The notes under the pieces are model-generated. The model had not been told where the DNA came from. It did no database searches and saw only the letters and a program-made list of their open reading frames with translations. The position numbers were made by a program, and so were the translations under genes. A DNA stretch of 64,000 bases from Candidatus Cloacimonadota bacterium (GTDB taxonomy: Bacteria; Cloacimonadota; Cloacimonadia; Cloacimonadales; TCS61): contig JABGOP010000003.1 in assembly GCA_018645365.1 (NCBI GenBank), forward strand, positions 3,967 through 67,966, written 5' to 3'. Below are positions 37,373 through 44,860 of this stretch, one piece after another (position 1 is the stretch's first letter; every line of letters begins with the position of its first letter).

Positions 37373-39754
37373 TTATCTCTCCAATTTAGCTTTTTGCTCA
37401 TCAGAAAGTGAGCCCAATTTATCTATCAATTCAGCAAGTTTGTTGATTTCAGAAATAAATTTCATCAAATCTTTTGCTTCAAATTGTGAAAAAATTAGTC
37501 TATCAGTTTCGATGTTTAGTTTCTTGAGTTTCTCGGCAACCACTTCCATATTTTTGCGAGTTACCGCATTTGCCCATTCGAAACGAGATGCTTTGACGGG
37601 ACTATCACCCAAAAATACAGCATCTGCACCTTTTGCAAAAGCATATTCGATCAAGCTTGGCGTAATTCTACTTACACTTGGCACTCTGAAAACGCGTGCG
37701 TAATTAGTGTATTTCATTTTACGCACACCGCACGCATCGATGAGGCGATAAGTAGTGTTGTCATCCGCAAAAACGATAATCCGTTTTTCATTATCTTTTT
37801 TGAATTTTAGTGCTGCTGAAACTTCTGCATAGAGTTGCTCATTTGTGTAATAATGCAAATCGAGAGCTTCCACGGGACAGCTTTCTAAACACGAGCCACA
37901 CCCCAAACAGAGTGCTTCGTTTACTTCCGCTTTTCCGTCTGCATTGATTGAAATCGCTTTTGGTGGACAAGCATTCAAACACTTTTGACAACCATCACAA
38001 ATATCTTGGTGAACGAACGCTAAAATTGGATCTATCGGCACTTCTTTTTGGGCCAAAGTTGCGATAACTCGTGCTGCTGCTGCACTTGCTTGTGTAACAG
38101 TATCTGGAATATCTTTCGGACCTTGTGCCACACCAGCTAAGAAAACGCCTTCCACTAATGTATCGACTGGCTTATATTTCGGATGAGCTTCTTTGAAAAA
38201 CCCATCATCAGATTTTGCTAATTTCAAAGTATCGGCGACTATTTCGGACGCTTTATTCGGCTCCAAACCGTTCGCCAAAACCACCAAATCAAAATCAGAT
38301 TCGATAATATTACGCGAGAGAGTATCTTCCACCGTTACGGTTACTTTTTTGTTAATTTTATTTTCCACAAAATGGGAAGGCTTGCCACGCACAAATTTGA
38401 TTCCCATATTCTGGGCACGTTTATAATATTCTTCGTAACCTTTGCCAAATGCTCTCAAGTCCGTGTAGAAAATATAGATATCTTTTTCTGGTTTTGCTTG
38501 TTTGAGGAGCGATGCTAATTTTACCGAATACATACAGCAAACGCGCGAGCAATATTCGTTTCCAATTTGTTCATCACGCGAGCCAACGCATTGCACAAAA
38601 GCAATTCTTTTCCCTATTTTTCGAGGTGGCTCCGCTTCCGAAATGTGATCGACAATGCGTTCCATCTCCAAAGCCGTAACCACATTTTTGAATTTACCAT
38701 AGCCAAAAACAGGTTTACGCATCGCATCAAAAATATCGTAACCTGTTGCCACCACAACGCTATCTACTGCTACATCAACGATTTTTTCTTCTTGCGTAAA
38801 ATCTATTGCTTGTTGAGGGCAAATATCCACACATTTTGAACACGAGTTATCGATAAAATGAGAGCAATTTTCAGTATCCAAAATATAGCGATATGGAATT
38901 GCGTGCGGTGCTGGAATGTAAATTGCTTTACGGTCGATGACACCTTGCTCCCAATAATTCGGCTGAGAAACTGGGCAAACTTCTGTACATTTATTGCAAA
39001 TCAAACATTGATCCATATCAATATCACTTTTTATGTAACGCGGATGTATTTTCACTTTTGCTTCAAAATGAAGACGATGTCCGGCAATGTCCAAAATTTC
39101 TGCATTCGTGTAAAGTGTGATGTTCGGATGGTCGGTAACTGCCGCCATTTTAGGTGAAATAATGCACGCTGCACAATCTTCTGTTGGAAAAGTTTTGGTA
39201 AGCACCGCCATCATCCCACCGAGAGTTGGCAATTTTTCTACAAGTGTAACTTTTTTGCCAGAATCAGCTAAATCGAGCGAAGTTTGAATACCAGCAATTC
39301 CACCACCAATAACGAGAATTTCATTACCAAGTTGCATTTTTTTCTCTTGTAAAGCAAAATCTAATTCTGCTTTTGAATGAGATGCATCGACAATATCTTT
39401 TGCTTTTTCGGTAGCAATTTCGGGGATATCTTTATGAATCCACGAACAGTGTTCACGCAGATTGGCAATCTCCAAAACATATGGATTCAAACCTGCTTTT
39501 TTCAAAGCTCCACGAAATGTTTTTTCGTGAAAATGAGGTGAACAAGAAGCGACAACTATTTTTTTTAATCCGTGTTTCTTTACATCGTCGATGATAAGTT
39601 GCTGTCCTTTTCCAGAACACATATGGCTATATTCTTGCACCAAAATATCATCATTATTTTTTTTCAGATGCTCTGTTACTTTTGGTAAATCTACCGTATT
39701 AGAGATGTTCCCGCCACACTGACAGAGATAAATTCCAGTCTTTTTAGTTTCCAT
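37373..39754 (-). CDS. HdrA-like FAD/Fe-S oxidoreductase fused to a C-terminal MvhD-like domain
   Basis: N-terminal Cys-rich domain (IYLCQCGGN...HMCSG...ASCSPH). FAD motif ILVIGGGIAGIQTSL. Inserted ferredoxin CLICNKCTEVCP/CSKCVDICP. C-terminal ferredoxin CDGCQKCLNACP/CLGCGSCLESCP. aa ~657-765 are MvhD-like (IIVFADDNTTY...RVPSVSRI...GADAVFLGDSP). Confidence 0.88.
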   Translation of the reverse strand: METKKTGIYLCQCGGNISNTVDLPKVTEHLKKNNDDILVQEYSHMCSGKGQQLIIDDVKKHGLKKIVVASCSPHFHEKTFRGALKKAGLNPYVLEIANLREHCSWIHKDIPEIATEKAKDIVDASHSKAELDFALQEKKMQLGNEILVIGGGIAGIQTSLDLADSGKKVTLVEKLPTLGGMMAVLTKTFPTEDCAACIISPKMAAVTDHPNITLYTNAEILDIAGHRLHFEAKVKIHPRYIKSDIDMDQCLICNKCTEVCPVSQPNYWEQGVIDRKAIYIPAPHAIPYRYILDTENCSHFIDNSCSKCVDICPQQAIDFTQEEKIVDVAVDSVVVATGYDIFDAMRKPVFGYGKFKNVVTALEMERIVDHISEAEPPRKIGKRIAFVQCVGSRDEQIGNEYCSRVCCMYSVKLASLLKQAKPEKDIYIFYTDLRAFGKGYEEYYKRAQNMGIKFVRGKPSHFVENKINKKVTVTVEDTLSRNIIESDFDLVVLANGLEPNKASEIVADTLKLAKSDDGFFKEAHPKYKPVDTLVEGVFLAGVAQGPKDIPDTVTQASAAAARVIATLAQKEVPIDPILAFVHQDICDGCQKCLNACPPKAISINADGKAEVNEALCLGCGSCLESCPVEALDLHYYTNEQLYAEVSAALKFKKDNEKRIIVFADDNTTYRLIDACGVRKMKYTNYARVFRVPSVSRITPSLIEYAFAKGADAVFLGDSPVKASRFEWANAVTRKNMEVVAEKLKKLNIETDRLIFSQFEAKDLMKFISEINKLAELIDKLGSLSDEQKAKLER

Positions 39755-39758
39755 ATTT

Positions 39759-40298
39759 TCACTCTTTATCTGCTAATTTAAAACCGATTTTTAATGCTTT
39801 TATATTCATTTCGTGAAATCTCGGTTTGATTGAATTTTTTACTGCTTTTTTCAAGGATGCTTCACTCACAACACCTGTTTTTCTCACCAAAAATCCGAGT
39901 GACATAATGTTTGTTGGAAGCACACTTCCTAATTTTTCCATTGCTATGTTTGTAAATGGAATTTCATAAATTGTAGAATCCATTACCGAAACATTTTTTA
40001 CATTTGAACTGTCTGCAATCAAAATTCCATCTGCTTTCAAGTCGTCACTATATTTATCGCAAGCTTCTTGAGTTAATGCCAAAAGCACATCAAAACTTGT
40101 CGCTTCTGGGAAATAGAATTTTTTATCACTAATTATCACATCAGCACGGCTAGCTCCACCGCGAGATTCGGGACCATAACTCTGTGTTTGTGTTACGATT
40201 GCATTGTCTATTACAGCGGCGCGTGCCAAAATAATCCCAGCTGTAATAAGCCCTTGTCCGCCGCTTCCACTGAGACGAATTTCATTCATTCCATTCAT
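39759..40298 (-). CDS. korC: 2-oxoacid:ferredoxin oxidoreductase gamma subunit
   Basis: LSGSGGQGLITAG at the N-terminus; 179 aa. Gene order is delta-alpha-beta-gamma. Confidence 0.88.
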   Translation of the reverse strand: MNGMNEIRLSGSGGQGLITAGIILARAAVIDNAIVTQTQSYGPESRGGASRADVIISDKKFYFPEATSFDVLLALTQEACDKYSDDLKADGILIADSSNVKNVSVMDSTIYEIPFTNIAMEKLGSVLPTNIMSLGFLVRKTGVVSEASLKKAVKNSIKPRFHEMNIKALKIGFKLADKE

Positions 40299-41143
40299 TA
40301 TTTTTCTCCATCTTCAGGCTTGAGAGAATCGATAAGTTTATCGTATACTGCTGTATATTCCGGCTTAATTTCTTTACGGAAAATACCGCGTTTAAGCTTG
40401 TTTTCTCTTTCATTCTCAGTGAGAGCTTCAAAAGATTTTACTGGAATAATGTTTTCTTTCATTTGACGCATCATCTTAGAAGCATCGCCTTTTTTATTCA
40501 ATTTTCCATAAATTACCGGACACGCGCTAATCACTTCTATTAAAGCAAATCCTTTGTGTTCCAAACCTTGCTTAATGAAAGATTGAGTTTCAACAGCGTG
40601 ATACGCCGAGGTTCTCGCTACAAAAGTTGCACCAGCACCCATGGCAAGTTCACAAATATCAAAAGTTGGGTCTAAATTTCCGTAAGGTGTAGTTGTGGCT
40701 TTATCACCAGTGGGGGTGGTTGGAGAATATTGCCCACCTGTCATTCCATAGATGTTGTTATTTATCAAAATAACTGTTAAATTTATGTTACGACGAGCGG
40801 CGTGAATAAAATGATTTCCGCCAATTGCAGTTGCATCACCATCACCAGTTACCACCATCACATCCATTTTTGGTTTATACATTTTGATACCTGTCGCATA
40901 CGCTATTGCTCTACCGTGAAGCGAATGTAATGTATTGAAATCCACATAAACTGGCATTCGACTGGAACATCCAATTCCAGAAACCATCGTTGTGTTTGTA
41001 CGACGCCATTCCAATTCACCAACTGCACGCATAATCGCACCCATCACGATGCCGTTACTACAACCCGGGCACCAAACATGAGGAAATTTTTTCTTCTGTC
41101 TCAAATATTTATTATGAATGTGTTTTTGTTTGATTTTTGACAT
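40298..41143 (-). CDS. korB: 2-oxoacid:ferredoxin oxidoreductase beta (TPP-binding) subunit
   Basis: VWCPGCSNG and the TPP motif VVTGDGDATAIGGNH...NNNIYGMTGGQ. Confidence 0.92.
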   Translation of the reverse strand: MSKIKQKHIHNKYLRQKKKFPHVWCPGCSNGIVMGAIMRAVGELEWRRTNTTMVSGIGCSSRMPVYVDFNTLHSLHGRAIAYATGIKMYKPKMDVMVVTGDGDATAIGGNHFIHAARRNINLTVILINNNIYGMTGGQYSPTTPTGDKATTTPYGNLDPTFDICELAMGAGATFVARTSAYHAVETQSFIKQGLEHKGFALIEVISACPVIYGKLNKKGDASKMMRQMKENIIPVKSFEALTENERENKLKRGIFRKEIKPEYTAVYDKLIDSLKPEDGEK

Positions 41144-41144
41144 T

Positions 41145-42308
41145 TTACCGAACCTCCTTCACTTTATTTACTATATCATCCGGCGTAATCAACTCTCCGT
41201 TACATTTCTGAATTGGAATAATTCTTTTTGTTTTACTTGTGTTTATGTTCCAAATACCACCCATCACTCTTTGAATTTCACCAAGCATCTGACCTTGGCT
41301 CAATTCCGGCACGATTATTGTGTTCACATCTTTGAAATATTCTTTAATTGCTTCATCTGGAAATGGCCAAATTGTGAGTGGACGAATCAGTCCAATTTTC
41401 TTGCCCGATTTGCGTAATTTTTCTACCGCTGTTTTAGCCGCACGAGCTGTAATTCCGGCTGCAAAAATAGCAGTTTTTGCGTCTTCCATTTGGAAATTTT
41501 CCACTTGAATTAAATCCTTCAAATGATGCGTGATTTTCTTACGCAGGCGATCCATCATAATTTTTACTTCATCAGCACGATTGGTTGGAAAACCGCAAGC
41601 ATCGTGTGCCAAACCAGTAACATGGAAACGATAACCCTCACCGTAACTTGCCATTGGATGGATATATTTTGGTTTGTCTTGATAATGTTTGTACCATTCT
41701 GGTGGAACCGTTGGTTTGATTCGATTGACGATTTTCACTTTTTCCAAATCAGGAAGCACCACTGCCTCACGCATATGACCTAAAACTTCATCGAGTAGTA
41801 AAACCACGCAAGTTCTATATTTTTCAGAAAGATTGACCGCCCGAATTGTCAGTTCATAAATTTCTTTCACAGAATCTGGATAGAGAACGATAGCTGGTGC
41901 ATCACCGTGATTTCCCCAACGCGACTGCATAATATCACTTTGTGAAGGTTTGGTCGGCAAACCAGTACTCGGTCCACCACGCATCACATTGACGACTACG
42001 CAAGGTGTTTCTGTTATTTTAGCAAAACCAATCCCTTCCATCATCAAAGAAAATCCGGGACCACTTGTTGCTGTCATCGCTTTTGCACCAGCAAGAGAAG
42101 CACCAATTATTGAAGAAATACCCGCAATTTCATCTTCCATTTGAATAAATTTTCCACCTATTTTGGGTAACTCTGCCGAAAGGATTTCTGCAATTTCGGT
42201 AGATGGAGTAATGGGATAGCCTCCAAAAAAATCTACTCCCGCATCGATAGCTCCACGGGCTACCGCTTCATTGCCTTGCATCAAAATCATTTTATCTGAA
42301 CTTTTCAT
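41145..42308 (-). CDS. korA: 2-oxoacid:ferredoxin oxidoreductase alpha subunit
   Basis: GNEAVARGAIDAGVDFFGGYPITPSTEI and MTATSGPGFSLM. 2-oxoglutarate specificity is inferred from the adjacent sucCD, not from sequence. Confidence 0.92.
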   Translation of the reverse strand: MKSSDKMILMQGNEAVARGAIDAGVDFFGGYPITPSTEIAEILSAELPKIGGKFIQMEDEIAGISSIIGASLAGAKAMTATSGPGFSLMMEGIGFAKITETPCVVVNVMRGGPSTGLPTKPSQSDIMQSRWGNHGDAPAIVLYPDSVKEIYELTIRAVNLSEKYRTCVVLLLDEVLGHMREAVVLPDLEKVKIVNRIKPTVPPEWYKHYQDKPKYIHPMASYGEGYRFHVTGLAHDACGFPTNRADEVKIMMDRLRKKITHHLKDLIQVENFQMEDAKTAIFAAGITARAAKTAVEKLRKSGKKIGLIRPLTIWPFPDEAIKEYFKDVNTIIVPELSQGQMLGEIQRVMGGIWNINTSKTKRIIPIQKCNGELITPDDIVNKVKEVR

Positions 42309-42317
42309 AATCTTCCT

Positions 42318-42638
42318 CTATTTTTCCTTCGCACCAGTTATGGCAAAATCAGGGCATAACCTGTCGCACATTTCGCAATGAATGCATTTTTCTGGATGTT
42401 TCACATAAGGTGAACCATCTGGTTTACTTGCCAAAGTTCCAGTTGGGCAAAATGAGACACAAATGCCACACTTTTTACACCAATCGTGGTAAATATAAAC
42501 CGGAGATTCTCGATAATCACCTTCCGATTTAACCTCTGTTTCTTCCACTTCCATCTTCGCCGCAGAACCATCACCGTGAATTACAGTGCCAGTTTTAAGC
42601 TTTTCTACTTCACCATTTTTCAATGTCTTCGACATCAT
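42318..42638 (-). CDS. korD: 2-oxoacid:ferredoxin oxidoreductase delta (ferredoxin) subunit
   Basis: CKKCGICVSFCP and CIHCEMCDRLCP, preceded by an acidic N-terminal extension of about 45 aa. AAGGAG Shine-Dalgarno. Confidence 0.85.
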   Translation of the reverse strand: MMSKTLKNGEVEKLKTGTVIHGDGSAAKMEVEETEVKSEGDYRESPVYIYHDWCKKCGICVSFCPTGTLASKPDGSPYVKHPEKCIHCEMCDRLCPDFAITGAKEK

Positions 42639-42761
42639 TTCTCCTTGTTTTTGGATACTATTATCCCGTTTATAATCGCGTGTATTTTATACAATAATTG
42701 TTTGTTTGAATAACTAAATTTGGATAACTCTAAAGAGTCCATTTCTGGTATCAATAACCTC

Positions 42762-44759
42762 TTATTTAAGCTCGCTTAACTCAAAAATCCTATCTCTGAG
42801 TTGTGCTGCCTTTTCAAATTCCAAGTTTTCTGCTGCTTTTTCCATCTCTTCCTTTAACAAATCGACCACCGCTTCTTTTGAGTCTAACTCTAAATACTTC
42901 AAGAAGTTATCTCTCTCCGATTTCCCCTTTTTCCCTTCAGATTTACGATATCCGTCTGCCACGCTTGTAGAGAGCATAATGTCGTCAACATTTTTTTTGA
43001 TTGTTTTTGGCACAATTTTATTTTGCTGATTATAAGCCGCTTGTTTTACTCTTCGGCGATTCGTTTCATCAATTGTTTCACGCATTGCTGGCGTCATTTT
43101 ATCAGCATAAAAAATTACTTTTCCATCTACATTTCGAGCCGCCCGTCCCGCTGTTTGAATCAACGATCTCGTTGAACGCAAAAAACCTGCTTTATCTGCA
43201 TCAAGAATAGCAACAAGGGACACTTCCGGCAAATCTAGCCCTTCACGCAGTAGATTAATGCCAACTAAAACATCAAATTTATCCAAACGAAAATCACGAA
43301 TTATTTGAGAACGCTCAATCGTGTTAATTTCGCTGTGAAGATAACGCACGCGAATCCCAGCTTTTTCTAAATATTTACTTAAATCTTCCGCCATTTTCTT
43401 GGTTAAAGTTGTCACTAAAACCTTCTGCTTTTGGGGAGTTCTAACCCGAATTTGTTCCAATAAATCATCAACTTGGGTAGCAATCGGCAAAACCTCAATC
43501 TTGGGGTCCAAAAGCCCTGTAGGGCGAATAACTTGTTCAACGACTACACCTTCTGTTTTTTCCATTTCAAAAGGCCCAGGCGTCGCAGAAAGATAGATAA
43601 CTTGCTTGATTTTTTTCTCAAATTCAGGAAATTTTAATGGTCGATTATCAAATGCAGATGGTAATCTAAAACCGAAATCAATCAGATTTTTTTTCCGCGT
43701 AAAATCACCACCGTACATCGCATTTACTTGTGGAATTGTAGCGTGAGATTCATCTAGAACCATCAAAAAATCATCGGGAAAATAATCTAGCAAACAGTTG
43801 GGTGGATCGCCTTTTTTAGCACCAGTTAAGTGGCGTGAATAATTTTCAATACCAGAACAAAAACCAATTTCAGCAAGCATTTCCAAATCAAAATTGGTGC
43901 GTTGTTCGATGCGTTGAGCTTCCACAAGTTTATTATTTTTCTCAAAATATTGGATACGATCTTTTAGCTCAGACTTAATCGCTTTTGTGGCACGCTTCAA
44001 AGATTGTTTAGTGGTGATAAAATGGTTGGCTGGATAAATTGGGTATTCCTTAACTTCCCCCAAAATTCTGTTATCAAGCGGATTTATCCGAGTTATTCGC
44101 TCAATTTCATCACCAAAAAATTCCACTCGAATCGAATTTTCCAAATAGGCTGGATAAATTTCGACAATATCACCTTTCACACGAAAAGTGCCGCGTTGAA
44201 ACTCGATGTCGTTCCTTCCATAATGAATGCCAATGAGCTGTTTTAAAAGTTGATTTCGCTCAATATTTACACCAACTTTTAGATGGATGAGTGCATCACG
44301 ATATTCTTGCGGAGTTCCCAAACCATAAATACAAGAAACGCTCGCAATCACGATTACATCTTGCCTTTCCATCAAACTCATCGTGGCATGCAATCGCAAT
44401 TTTTCGATTTGATTATTAATATCGACATCTTTTTCAATGTAAATATCCTTTCCTGGAATATACGCTTCTGGCTGATAATAATCGTAATAACTGATGAAAA
44501 AATCGACCGCATTTTCAGGGAAAAGTTGTTTCAATTCACCGTAAAGTTGAGCAGCCAAGGTTTTATTGTGCGAAAGAATAAGCGTTGGTTTGTTAATTTT
44601 TTCGATGACATTTGCAATCGTAAAAGTTTTTCCAGAACCTGTAACACCCAAAAGCGTTTGGTGCTTTTCGCCAGCCATAATGCCATTTACCAGCTCATTA
44701 ATTGCCGCTGGCTGATCACCTTTCGGTTGATAATTTGAAACTATTTTAAATTTCTTCAT
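42762..44759 (-). CDS. uvrB: Excinuclease ABC subunit B
   Basis: [10 protein letters not shown], helicase motifs and the C-terminal UVR domain ([13 protein letters not shown]). The track start 44762 is GTG; the ATG is at 44759. Confidence 0.97.
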   Translation of the reverse strand: MKKFKIVSNYQPKGDQPAAINELVNGIMAGEKHQTLLGVTGSGKTFTIANVIEKINKPTLILSHNKTLAAQLYGELKQLFPENAVDFFISYYDYYQPEAYIPGKDIYIEKDVDINNQIEKLRLHATMSLMERQDVIVIASVSCIYGLGTPQEYRDALIHLKVGVNIERNQLLKQLIGIHYGRNDIEFQRGTFRVKGDIVEIYPAYLENSIRVEFFGDEIERITRINPLDNRILGEVKEYPIYPANHFITTKQSLKRATKAIKSELKDRIQYFEKNNKLVEAQRIEQRTNFDLEMLAEIGFCSGIENYSRHLTGAKKGDPPNCLLDYFPDDFLMVLDESHATIPQVNAMYGGDFTRKKNLIDFGFRLPSAFDNRPLKFPEFEKKIKQVIYLSATPGPFEMEKTEGVVVEQVIRPTGLLDPKIEVLPIATQVDDLLEQIRVRTPQKQKVLVTTLTKKMAEDLSKYLEKAGIRVRYLHSEINTIERSQIIRDFRLDKFDVLVGINLLREGLDLPEVSLVAILDADKAGFLRSTRSLIQTAGRAARNVDGKVIFYADKMTPAMRETIDETNRRRVKQAAYNQQNKIVPKTIKKNVDDIMLSTSVADGYRKSEGKKGKSERDNFLKYLELDSKEAVVDLLKEEMEKAAENLEFEKAAQLRDRIFELSELK

Positions 44760-44860
44760 CACTGTCTTTCTAAAAATAACACATTTTTACGCAAGATATT
44801 TTTCACATATTTCTTGACATAAAAAACGCCAAAAAGAACTAAACGCAAATGGAGAAAGTT

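Noticed and set aside
37080-37703. 207-aa plus-strand ORF, and similar long antisense ORFs at 28792-29265, 30789-31241, 31331-31870, 32009-32425, 34458-34898 and 44283-44738
   Set aside because: Each lies entirely antisense to a gene with unmistakable family motifs (hdrA/hdrC, malic enzyme, fumA, sucD, flavoprotein, uvrB). Their translations are low-complexity or Cys/Phe/Ser-rich nonsense with no Shine-Dalgarno, so they are shadow ORFs.
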